DNA of 64,000 nucleotides from assembly GCA_002633005.1 (NCBI GenBank), contig NMRA01000070.1, positions 791,872 to 855,871 on the forward strand, written 5' to 3'. The notes below the pieces were generated by a model, which did not search any database, was not told where the DNA came from, and saw nothing but the letters and a program-made list of their open reading frames with translations. This document shows, piece by piece, positions 52,801-64,000 of this stretch (the first letter of the stretch is position 1; every line of letters starts with the position of its first letter). This DNA is from Phoronis australis. Lineage: Eukaryota > Animalia > Phoronida. Position numbers and translations under genes: made by a program.

Positions 52801-54185
52801 ACCCTGTTCTCTTCCCCCGAATACCAACCACCGGGTAAAGCTCCGCTCAACACGCACCACGTGACCGTGTAGAGCATCCAGACGATACAGTAAAACATGT
52901 AAACGAACGGATGCCAATTCCACTGTAAAGAAATAAACACACTTCATGGTAACATAAGGGTTGTATTCGTGCCCCAGGAAAATCTGTTGACCAGGCTGCA
53001 CCGTTTAAGCCTAATGGGCATCATCATTGAAACTCAAAGTCGCACTCACACGCTGGGAAGTGACCGTGAAATTATTATGAAATTGTTTTTAAATACCTCC
53101 TTGGTCATAAAGTGGTCATTCCTGCGGTTTCGAAGGACTGTCAGTAATCATTAACAGAAGATCATCCAGTTCAACATCACCAACGAATGCCAATGAGTAA
53201 AGCACACAAACGATGTCAAATCACAAATCTGCATACGAAACCACTGGATATTCCTTTCATGTAGCACCCCCCCCCCCTTTCGATGAAGTGATGATCGTTA
53301 TACGCACGATACACCAGAGTATACTCGTTCCATATCAATGCACGACCGGCCTCGGACAATATAGAATTTCTTTCCCTTCGTCCACGTGACCTTGTGCTCG
53401 CGAGGTTTATGAGTTCTAGAGTGTCTGTTTGGTCAGATCACGAAAAGTGGCATCTGACGTACGGGCAGGACTAAAGTGATACTCCATGGCCAATGTCATG
53501 ACATCAAGAGTTTTTGTACCGCGGGAGGTACACATCGGGAATTACTGTACCGCGATTCAGTTGACCAGAAGATAGAAGTACATAGATCAGTAGCAGTGTG
53601 TTAATATCGGAATGGTTTTCAGAAACAAATGAGAGTATTTGCCAGGCAAACCTACAAAGAACAAACGCGTGTTCACAAAATAAAATGCGTTGTAAAGTGG
53701 AATTCTGCAAACTAAATTTAATAACTTACGGAAACAAGAGTAGGTGGATCGTTTACACTTTTAGTACACTTGTAGCAGTTGCTGTATATGTATATTTATT
53801 TACAATGCTATAATTGCATTCGGAACCTCGGGTATTTCTGCCTAAATAACCCCTTGGGTGCCGAACGTTTTCTGCGCAGGTGTGAACTTCAATCCTACTG
53901 CCCATCATTATCCAGTTTGAAAGTTCTTGAAGTAACTTGCCGTATGACTGAACTCTGCACATGCGCAAATGATGGGAGGCTATGAAAATACCCGAAAGTA
54001 CCAAAAGCTAATGTCGGTGTGCTACTAGATTCGCACAGGCAATGAAAATAGTAACAGGAGTATAAACATTCATGTGGATTATCTATAATTACCTGGCAGA
54101 CAACGAACAGTTCCGGAGCCTCATGATTCAGTCCGAAGTTTGAAGGTTTAAACTCACGTTTGAAGGCTTCTTTACAGCCTCCCAT
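49595..54185 (-). CDS. rost: Protein rolling stone-like multi-pass membrane protein (FAR-17a/AIG1-like family), 5 coding exons, 281 aa
   Basis: Minus-strand exons 54185-54093, 52922-52691, 52310-52185, 51219-51055 and 49824-49595, all GT-AG with phases 0,1,1,1, 846 nt in total. Family motifs: EFKPSNFGLNH..P..FV.CQW, KWFIYLTNW, MPWYLKMSWVFHN, AYW.LL, VHTHG, D.FVTAIPIRVYHF, GGTN...PYIY...LDW...P. An acceptor 4 nt upstream of the ATG implies a non-coding first exon further right. Confidence 0.92.
51055..51219 (-). CDS. rost: rost-like coding exon 4
   Basis: cttttacag|PLDVVDVHTHGITILYVFTDAFVTAIPIRVYHFF...YTYVG-|gtaagt. Confidence 0.92.
51440..51720. repeat. Degenerate ~11-bp periodic tandem array in rost intron 3
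   Basis: Recurrent ggcaagatttt / gaaaatcttg / caagactt units. Confidence 0.55.
52185..52310 (-). CDS. rost: rost-like coding exon 3
   Basis: tatattag|DEVMVMMPWYLKMSWVFHNMAFVLALVVGLAYWVLLFPNKT-|gtaaga (not in the ORF track). Confidence 0.9.
52691..52922 (-). CDS. rost: rost-like coding exon 2
   Basis: tctttacag|WNWHPFVY...KWFIYLTNWQYL...RRRNAS-G|gtacag. Confidence 0.92.
54093..54185 (-). CDS. rost: rost-like coding exon 1
   Basis: MGGCKEAFKREFKPSNFGLNHEAPELFVVCQ|gtaatt. Confidence 0.88.
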
Positions 54186-54554
54186 CCTCCTGTGAAACAT
54201 AAGTAGAACTTGCGTGATCTTCATTTAAGGCCAACGACATGATTGGTTCTGCTCTTTACCCCAACTCATTCTGAGACCTGCGCTGACTAAAATAGATAAC
54301 TCCCAACCGCATCAGTTTTAGAACACTGATGACGTAACCCCAAGCTAAGCCACTGTCGGTTGCATTCGTTGTGTTTTGTACTAACTTTATTTTCAAAACG
54401 GCAGATATGTACTTTCAAGTCTGGGGACATTATTTTAAGTCACGCTTGCTATTGCGTCCCAACTGCTGCTATATCGTATCTTAGAAGCGACTCCGTCCTC
54501 GCACGGTTACATTGTTCGAAATGACGTATAAATATAAATTATTTCATGGCGAAA

Positions 54555-54644
54555 TCGTTATTCCCCCGTTAGCTAGAGCCCTCGTGGATTTTGTAGAATA
54601 ATTCTCCAAAATCCACGAGGGCTCTAGATAGCGGGGGATAACGA
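54555..54644. repeat. Near-perfect 90-bp palindrome (MITE-like hairpin)
   Basis: tcgttattcccccgttagctagagccctcgtggattttg / caaaatccacgagggctctagatagcgggggataacga. Confidence 0.85.
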
Positions 54645-55482
54645 CTGAGAACATGTAATAATCTATTTCTACCACATACTGAACGAGAAACATTGCAACG
54701 AATCGATCTACCTTTCTCGCCTCGGCTTTGTAACTACTTTTTACATGTATGTCAGAGGCCCGGGGTCGGAGGTCGTGACCGTTTAAGAAAAGCCGAGCTA
54801 TTTTTGTCAAATAATGCTTATACTCAAAACCAATTGAAAATTTAAACAAAATAAAAATAAAGTGAATCTATAAATTAAGGTTTAGCAACTATTATAGCTT
54901 ACTACACATTTTATCACGCTAAGCTTCGACCGGGAAAATATCGTCTGCTAAAGTAGGTTACCACTAGTAGCTGACTACATGTATAATGCTCAAGTCAAAG
55001 GATCCCGACGATATGATACCCGCATTTAGATTGGAGATCGGTGATTTACAAGTGAGAGTGCACGAGAGAAAAATTTCACTGAATTAAAATATCGTTTTTA
55101 TGGAAATTATTCGTCTTATTTTTCACAGCGTATAAATGTCGGTGCAATGCCCTTTAATGAACATGCGATTATTGCGCGTGCTTTTTCACGTTCGATGACG
55201 TCAGACGCTCAGTGGTGTAGTGGTAAAGTCGGGGACTGGAAACTTTGAGGCCTCGGTTTCCCGCCAAATTGTTATCTCACAAGTGAGATAACTTTGTGTG
55301 TTATTACACGGTTGTATCTGCCATTCGAGGCTAATATTGTGGTATAGTAAGACTTTATTTAGTATTAATATATATACATGTATACGCTCGTATATATGTG
55401 AATTTGTATTGGCTCTGGCCCAGGGTACAATAAACAAAAATTAAAAAGGCACATTTGCACACGCAGTCAACCCATTTAAGAA

Positions 55483-55690
55483 TTATTCTCTTCTTTTAAG
55501 GACAGAATACACATATTTAACAACAGATATATCTGGATTAGCCAGCAAGCGTATATAGGATTCTTGAGTTGGGTGCTTCCATTGAACTCGTTCTTTCATA
55601 AAACGTGACCTAATTTCACAATATCCTTTGCAAATCAACAGGAAGAGGTATTCATCCTCTACAAGACCATCACCACATAGCCTCACGGGC
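55483..55690 (-). mobile_element. 3'-end relic of another LINE ORF2
   Basis: RLCGDGLVEDEYLFLLICKGYCEIRSRF..HPT matches the C-terminal zinc-knuckle region (IEDEYHFLLxCxxYxxxR) of L2/Daphne-like ORF2. Confidence 0.7.
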
Positions 55691-56113
55691 TTTCATTCTG
55701 TCAGTGCAGCATAACAAGTTCACAAAAAGAATCTGTCTTTCGTCGCAGTTTTGAGAACCAATTTCCCGCGGTGACTCACCGGATGAGTTCATTCCAATGT
55801 TATAAACCGGCATGGCGAGGTCTGGTAAAACTGTGTGGGTGACCCAGATGATGAGTAGTTGGGGGCCAAAATTGCAAGAACCAGGAGAATTTTGCAAGAT
55901 CGGACGATCTCGTCTTCTGCCTACCTATTTTCTATTATACGGCATTATAAAGATTGAAGCACCGTGACAAAGAGCAAGGTCAAGGTCATGAAGGCTAATA
56001 AAGACATACAAATGTACCCTAATAATTTGAGAAATTTTGGCAGGGAGCGTGCGTCATTTACGATGTATGGGCGCAAGAAATAACGCAAAAGGAGAACCTT
56101 GGGGAAAGAAAAG

Positions 56114-56235
56114 AAATACACAAAACGTACCGAGAGTGTCGTAGATGAAGTAATATCTCACGAGAAAATGTTCCACGTATAATGTCGAGTGGGATATCTC
56201 TTCATCTACGCCACCTCTCGATAAGTTTTGTATTT
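56114..56235. repeat. Imperfect ~120-bp palindromic MITE
   Basis: aaatacacaaaacgtaccgagagtgtcgtagatgaag pairs with cttcatctacgccacctctcgataagttttgtattt. Confidence 0.7.
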
Positions 56236-59200
56236 ATCCCATACGCTTCCAATTCCTAAGTTTCTTTCAATTTTCCGCAGATTTTTTACATACTTTACCT
56301 AGACTGTTCACGTGGCGGATTACGTCATATAATGTATATATACTTGCGCGTTAGGTTAAAAGTTTTCACCAGTAAAAGAAACAGTTTTAAATGTATTACG
56401 GTTTCTTACTTGAAAAAAAGAGAACACAGATGAAAACAAAGGTTATTAGGAACACCCAGATTCGGGCAAAAAATAGGAAAAATTCGGGCAAAACAACAAA
56501 AATACGAGCTCTTGAGCATCCGCTGGAACATGCGACAATAATATATGAGAAAGGAGTGAAATAACTTATGTATCAAAAATATCAGTTTAATGCTCAGTGT
56601 GCCGGCCTAGTTTCAGGGGTGTCTTGACCACAACGCGTGACGGCTTGCATTTGCAAGCAGTTTAAACTTGCCTTGTGACAGTTAAGTAGTTGAAATACCA
56701 ATTCACTGAAGTGTTACATGGTAATGCATTGTCTGCGTAATGTAGTGAAGTATACCCGAACTAATTCTACGTTGACACCCTCACAGGTCGATATTGGGCA
56801 ACCCGACTGGTTCGCTTAAAGGGAAGTCCGGTGCAATCTTCAAAGACACCATGCAGTTTTAAGTGGGTGTATCGCTTAATTGTGGACGCCACACGCTGCA
56901 GATGTAACAGTTCTCTAGTCTAGTAGATAATCAGTCCTATTATGATAACACTGGGGACGACAATAAAATTAAATGAGGAGGGGAAGTACGCCAAAATCTC
57001 CTTCGAAAATCGTGTCTGCCCCCATCCCCGGCCTGATTGATCCTAGATCCGCCGGTAAAATATCACTGGGTACACACTCTTGGCCTGGGAAACGACAACA
57101 ACCTGGGGAGGAGATAAGCTTACATTGAAAGGTGGCGCTGTACTATAATAGACAGCCGCACAGAATGGGGGAGTAACGGTAAAATTCCATAGGAGATGTG
57201 CATATTTCGATACAAATTCCTGCCGGCATGAGCGGATGAATCTCATGGTAATCAGTAGTTCTCGATGTTGCAATTTTTAAATTTTGATTTATAAAAATTT
57301 ACACTGTTTCCTTCAAGGCGTCCAACCATATGGCTTGGTGACGTCTTTACACCATAGGCTAAAGAAACCACACGAATGCATGAATATATTGGATCCCTAG
57401 CTGTTATGTGGATACAAAACGGCATCATATTATTCCAAAGGGCACGCGCACACAGACATTTAAATGTTTTCTGCGATATTATTCGGCATGTGACTGTGAC
57501 GTTCTTGAAGGAGCAGATGGATTGTTAAACAATCCATGTGGTAGTTTACCTGCTAAAACGGTAGGCTTAGCGATCAAGGTTGAATATCGCTTCTTCAAAA
57601 ACTTTCAGTTGACTAATATGTCACAAGCAAGCACGTGTGGAAACTACTATTGACTGAGCTGTTAACTGAACGTCTCAACGCCTGGCATCACGTTTGATGT
57701 CCAAAAGTAAGCTACAATACAGTGTTAGATAGGTACATGTATATCCGCGAAAAGTGCATACCGAGAACGTATAATAGTCAAGCTTACCCTTACGTTGAGG
57801 AGGCTAGTCTAAACGAACACATTCACAAAATAATCTATCAAATACCTCCCAGCTCAATGACCAAGCGGCAACTAGTCCAGTCTCCTACCACGTTGTACAC
57901 CGACTATTCAGTTATTTGTGTGAAGTAAACGCGAATTCGACTACCTTAATTACACCTGTAGCGTTAACCCACTTGCGCTGACACCGGTAGGCCTAACAAA
58001 CATGATTTAACAGCAAGTTCATGAAATGAACAATAGATAGGCGTAGTCCGTCTGTAATGCACTGCTTTTGTCCAGGCACAGAACAGTAACACTGAGTTCC
58101 GGCTAAGCGTGCCGGGGTGGATTTTCAGTCCAGGCCGGATCAAGTTTTAGAACAACAAACGTCTATACAAGGGTTTAGAAGTCGTCCAATGCTGCAATGC
58201 CGGATGTAAAGCAGTATATTAGTACGTGTAAATAGCTGCATACGGAAATTTGAATCCATAGCCTGCCCACCAAAGAAATGGCCAAAATAAGAAGGTACAC
58301 GTACAGGTATTCTGTTGAAGGGAGTTTGTCTAACACGAGGGGGCTTATTGTGTCTGTGTGTCAGTGCCGCGTTCATGTTCATTGGATATTGACTGACCAC
58401 AGCATTAGTACTCCAGGATAACCAGCGACATCAATTTTGTTTAGCGTGTAATGGAATAACCTTTATAGCAATAGTGTTAAACGTGTCTCCGTTCAAATAC
58501 TATGCAGCGAAGGGGTTTATATATATGTATATACATATTGCTCTTGTTTAAGGATGGTGACCCATAGTCGAATTATTTGCATTCAGTCACCTTGGGTTTT
58601 GAAAGTGATGACCGATTGTGCAGGGCATTTTTGTTTTGTTTTTCGTGTCAAATAATTTGCATTTTGTGTATGGGAAATTGCCATAATTAAAAAAATGGTT
58701 ACAAATGTTTGGTTAATCAAAAATGTCACTTGTAGGTAACAGATACAATCAATTTTCCAAGAGAGGAGGTAACTCCCAGGACAATTACTCTAGTTTCACT
58801 TCAACTGTAATTGGCAAGATTCTGCAAAGTTTGGTTTGATATTTTAATGTTGTGTGGTCTACATTGTATTCTGCTGGGATTGAAGATTGAATAGCTATTA
58901 AAAATCGTTTCTCTCATACTTTTAGTAACTTTGCCCTCGAAGTAGGACATTTGATGGTTTGACCTCATTGTAACTTGTGAAAGAATTCATTTTATTTTTA
59001 GAATTAAGAGGATTTTGTTAATTAAGCTCAAATATTATGAGAAAATAAAGAGTATCTGCTGCACATTTACAAGAACTGCCGACCCTGGAGGAAGTAGGTG
59101 GATGCTCTTGTTTACTTATTAAAGATTTTTAAAGTACCGGTACATTCTGGGTGGAGTAACGTGATACAGACATTTGGAACCACTGTGCAATTCCTTTTGC

Positions 59201-60517
59201 TTCTGGCAAAAGGTAGAAAGACAGTTGGCAGTATAGCTCAAATAGCAGCAATATAGAGAAAAGATAACATAGTCCATAGGCTATGATCGATATGTTAGTA
59301 GATGTATGATGTAGTTTTTATTATAGCTCGGGAAATCTCCAAAATGCGAGAAAACATGTGCTCATGTATTAACGCGACGACGTCAGAATGGGGTTGCATG
59401 TGTCAAAATGCGGAAAATTTTAATGCTGTATAGGAACGATAGAGCTTTAAAATTTGGGACTGGCGCACCAACAGAGGGATAGTTCAATGGTAAATTGGAC
59501 GAATTGTGCTGACAAATGTTGGATCTTGGTTTAAGTCAAACCAATGAGAAAGTCGAAAAGATCTTTCTTCGCTTATTCAGTGCACCGTGCCAGGATTAGC
59601 TAGGAGAAGGTTAACCTACATGTGTCTGAGAATGGCAGTAGACTTATATTGACGCACTACAATAAAGTTAGAGCGAGATTTGGGGGACTGAAATTCATTT
59701 CTATACACAGTCGTTCATTGCTTTAAAAGCAGAGGAATAAATCCCATTGTCAGCTTCTCCCAATGTTCGATTAGGTTAAGTTCACTAATTTATTTTAAAA
59801 ATTTGGCATCGGCTGTAATAGACCCCGACCGTGCGGCTAAGGCAAATTCTTCTTACCAGTGGGAAATGTATGGGACATGACGTCCATCATCCGTTGGTGA
59901 TTCACGAGGTTTGCAGTAGTAGGCCATTCGTATAGCACACCACACATCAATGAAAATGTGTCGGCATTATGATAGCAGGAAAGGTGTTAGAACACTGTTT
60001 ATACCAGTAGATTGAAAAAGCTAGTGAAACTTTGCTGATTATTAGTCACTTTTCAGTCCCGAGACATAGTCGCGAGAATGTATTGGGAGCGCCGGCCGGT
60101 GGTCGTCCTAAAAATACCCAATCATCGGCCATGGGCCGTAGCTCCAAGCTTTTCATCCTGTGACCATGTCAGGGGGGCAACTTTATTTTTTCTGCATGGA
60201 CAGATATACGTCGAGCAGTTGATACCTGAAAAATTCACACGTTTTAAGTTGCCCATTTTTTGTACAAAACAGTTTTTTTGTGAGTCCAAATGTTACAATA
60301 TTGAACAAGAGGTGGCGCTATATCCAACAAAAGACTAACACAACAGTGGCGGATCTAGGATATCACAAGGGGGCCCAACATTTTGTCCTGCTGTAAGCAT
60401 TTGCGCAAACCACGATTGTAGATGCGCATAGCACCGAATGGGGGGAGGTCGGAAGGGGGGTTTAGTATTCAAGAAAAAAGGGAAAAAAAACACGGAGAAC
60501 GTGTCAAAACAGGAAAA

Positions 60518-60590
60518 ACTGCGAGCACCACAGACTCGAACTCACGATCTTACGGATAAGGCGCGCGTGCTTTACCACTACAACAGCACG
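60518..60590 (-). mobile_element. tRNA-derived SINE head / tRNA-like relic
   Basis: The minus strand has an A-box (tgtagtggtaaagc) and a B-box (gtgagttcgagtc) at tRNA spacing, but no proper acceptor stem. It sits next to a partial CAGTGGCGGATC MITE end at 60344. Confidence 0.55.
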
Positions 60591-61730
60591 CTTTAACTAC
60601 CTATCTTATTCTAAGAAACCTATTTGTATATGGTCCACAGTGTTTGCGCGCGAAACCTACTTCTTTTTGTAATGCTTATTACTCGTTTTATATTTTATGC
60701 AATCGGTTCTTAACAAATTTGCTGTATTTAAAATAGTCTTCAAATGCCCAAAAGACCAAATCCGTTTTTCGTGTTGGCAATAATGACGGGATTGCTTTGG
60801 AAATTGTCTTAAGTTAAGGTTTGACAAAGAGAGAATTATGAGTTTCTGAGTGATTCACTAAGGCTTCGATTAAAATTCACATCTTACCAGCAGCTTCTGT
60901 TTTTCCATCGTCACTCAGGTTCCATTTTCTTTAAAAAATGAAGTAAATTTTCTTCATTGCACAGTGGAGCAGACGACGGAAATGGAATCGTAGTGCGCAA
61001 CGCCACTGCCGGTCGTCTGGGATATCGCGGGAGAGCCTATTAGTCATAGTTCCGTTACGAATGCGCCGTGTTCCGAATTTGACACAATTGGATCTGAGCC
61101 CCCCCCCAAACACTAAAATTGCACACATTTAAATCTTGTTTCATCCGTATAATTTTAATTACCGGGGTTAATTAATAAACTCAACATTTCCCTACGCTCT
61201 TGCTGTTTTATTTTTTTTGCGGCAGCCAAGGGGGGGGGGGGGNNNNCCCGCCCCTAACTCCGCCTGGCACAAGATGGCATCTAACATGGCGGCTCCCTCA
61301 AGAGATGCTGTCAATGAATGCTGCATGTTACTTTCAGGCAGTAAGTTCATCTGATCTGTTGAGTTTCTCGAAACTGACATGGGCAAAAAGCATTGACTAT
61401 GTGAAAGAATGACTTTCCCTTGGAGATAAAGACGGTACTGAATGCGCACAATATGTCACCAGTTGGCATTTGCATCAAGTAATTTCACGGATTGGCGTTG
61501 GGCTCCAGGCAGTACAAATGATGTTATATAAGCTTACTGGCGTTACAAAGATTGACAGAGAAAAGAGGAAAGATTGCGAAACTACAAAATATGCCGAGAA
61601 CAGAACCCCCTGATTACGACCAAGATGATGGTGAGTGTTATTTTTTTCTGGGAGTATGGTAGATTGACGCAAGTCACTGAGTCAGGCTGCCTGAGTCAGT
61701 GACCGTGTAGTCAGTGCCTCAATGGGAAAC

Positions 61731-61970
61731 AGGTCACTTCTAACCCAAGTCAACTAACTCGTACCCAAGTCAAATTTCAAAAGTATTTCAAAACTATTTA
61801 ATTTAGCAAAGCAGTGATTAAAATCAATCAATCGTGACATATTTTTTGCAAAACGACTCAATATTGTCCATTATTTAGTAAATGAAAATGAAAATTTATT
61901 AGTTATGTTATTTAGCACGGGTACGAGTTGTCTTGGGTGCGAGTTGCGGCTAAGGTACGAAATGACTGGA
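61731..61970. mobile_element. Foldback-type MITE with 15-bp (aactcgtacccaagtc) subterminal repeats
   Basis: Left gtcacttctaacccaagtcaac..aactcgtacccaagtc and right gggtacgagttgtcttgggtgcgagttg..ggtacgaaatgac. Confidence 0.7.
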
Positions 61971-63040
61971 AAGCCCTCATATGCACAACTGGTCAATAAA
62001 AGACTGTGTTCCCTGGACTCGGTGTCTGGCCTGCTTGTGTTTGAATCGAGCAGCCAGGTAATTCATTGAGTAATAGGCCCGTGTGATCGCATTCAAATGT
62101 AGGTAGGACCCAATAACAAAATGAACATTTTCTTCTGTGTACATTTTTCTTTTCTCAGTAACCATAACTCTGAGCATGTTGTAAGATAAAATTATATTTT
62201 CTGTAATGTCCAGGGGTGAGAGGAGAGGTAATCTCCATACTCGAAGCTCAGCTTGAAAATTGACCAATTGCATGCCACAATTCGAGTAAATTCACTTGAA
62301 TTATGCAGTGTGGATGGTTAGGCTTTGAGCCTGAGTTTGGAGGTTGCACCCTGGGCCCAGGTAATTGCCCATCAATGTTATTATTGACTACAGAATGCAC
62401 CTATATCTGGAGCATCACCTTTAGTTTACGTTTTCAAGCTAATTTTACTCACAGGTTTTGCTAAAAGGCGCATAGGTGCCTGAATTTCAGATGTAGGTGC
62501 AGCTTCACACATGTGGTCGAAGAATAACGAAGTATATAGCAAATATTTTGAGAACAGTCATTTTTATTGAACTTCTACTCATTCAACATAGTTTGTTGAT
62601 GGTTTGCTTACAAATAAATTTTGTGCAGTGTTGTTAGGACACTATCTTCAAAAGTTCCCATTTTATGTGTTATTTGAAAAAACAAAAATTATTTGAGGGA
62701 AAGCACAGTTTAGAATACTTGCATGATTGCGAAGACTTGTGTGCATATCTGAAATTGCATGTTAATTTTCAAAAAAAAAATTGTTTTCAAGAACATTTTG
62801 CTTACAAACCCATGGGTATCTTTTTCACATTTGAGCACAACTGGCTAGGCCTTGTATATGCACGTCTTATTTTGAGTGTTTTCTGTCTGTCCTTTGACCA
62901 TTCTTTGTACTTCCATTTGGTTATTGTAATAAAGAATTGAGTACATATCAACATCTATAGTTTTGTAGGACAGGCCTGCAATGCTTTCCATAATTTTAAA
63001 CTCTGACAACGGTTTTTACTTTTAATTTGCCTGGTTGCAG

Positions 63041-63401
63041 GAGGGTTGTTTTTGGATGCTGCTAAGGCAGGAAATGACATGGACATTTTGATCAGATTAC
63101 GGGGAAGAGATCTGGTAGCACTTGAAGCCAAATACCATCGTGCTTGCTACAAAAGCTTCACAAGACCACTGACAAAACAGAAATAGTAAAAGCAGTGAAA
63201 TTTTCATAGATGTATTTCAAGAGTTTTGCTATGACGTTGTGGAGCAACAATTCATTAGTCCACAACGGAATCAGAGTGAATTGTTGTTAAACAAACATTT
63301 GTTCTTGTGTAAATGCTGGACTAAAATGCACTGAAATGTGCAAATGCCAAAACTGTAAGAATGTCAAAGTGAGTGATGAAATTCACTCAGATGTCGAGTA
63401 A
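63041..63401 (+). pseudogene. Internally deleted Academ(X)-type DNA transposase relic
   Basis: GRDLVALEAKYHRACYKSFT (N-terminal motif) lies next to TNICSCVNAGLKCTEMCKCQNCKN (C-terminal Cys-rich/tesmin-like CXC finger), with in-frame stops. AT-rich flanks show a weak inverted match between 62651-62662 and 63988-63999. Confidence 0.65.
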
Positions 63402-64000
63402 CGGTGTGATAGACTTGCATCCCAGCCCGGCCGGATGATCTTGGAAAGGCATCTTCTCAAGAGTCCGAAACCAGGCTAGTAACTGATTTGTGAAACATTT
63501 TTCTATTTTCATACTAATGTCTCTAGTAATGGCTTTTTATCTAGTTAATTTCTCGGCCTTTTGTACTTCATCCGATTGTATTTGTTGTTATTCTAAGTGT
63601 ACTTTTGGTCTCCTTTATTGACATGTTGTATGCTTTGGACTTGTAGCAATGATTGTCTTTATATAACAGATTAGTAAATGTGTGATAAAATAAAGGCCAG
63701 TTTGATAATTAGGGTTTTACCAACAGTAAAAACAGCATAAAACACTATAAATGATAGTTCCATATTTCGCCAACAGGTGACACCCATAAATTCATATTTC
63801 TTCCATAATTTTACATTTTAATTGAAAAATATAACAAAGTATGTGTTTAATTAATAATATGACTTAATACAGCCTGTACAAATAGTATCTGCAGTATCAT
63901 CCTTTATGGACACTTAATTTTCTTCTTTTCTAACTTTTTTAAATTCCATAGACTAACATCACATTTCTCAAAAATGTGCAAGTTTAAACATGGGAACTTA

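Noticed and set aside
60518-60590. Functional tRNA gene
   Set aside because: A and B boxes are present but the acceptor and anticodon stems do not pair, so it is treated as a SINE head.

Overview
This is AT-rich, intron-containing animal (most likely marine invertebrate) DNA from a heterozygous draft assembly, not prokaryotic DNA, and most ORFs in the six-frame track are noise. Two spliced genes can be reconstructed with phase-consistent GT-AG introns. The first is a 6-exon, ~403-aa stand-alone catalase-related allene oxide synthase/hydroperoxide lyase (cAOS/cHPL)-type heme protein (+, 37184-44539). It keeps the Thr-His/Asn/RxxxY catalytic residues but stops before the PLAT-lipoxygenase module to which this domain is fused in corals. 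The second is a convergent 5-exon, 281-aa rolling-stone (FAR-17a/AIG1-like) membrane protein (-, 49595-54185). A probable 2-exon basic orphan gene (23210-28316) and a weaker candidate (8024-8433) are also present. The rest is transposon debris: a 5'-truncated frameshifted LINE RT plus a second 3' copy, Penelope, Academ and probable Sola3 relics, a tRNA-derived SINE head, and several MITE families with 5-bp or 9-bp TSDs. Three allelic tandem duplications are joined by a single N.
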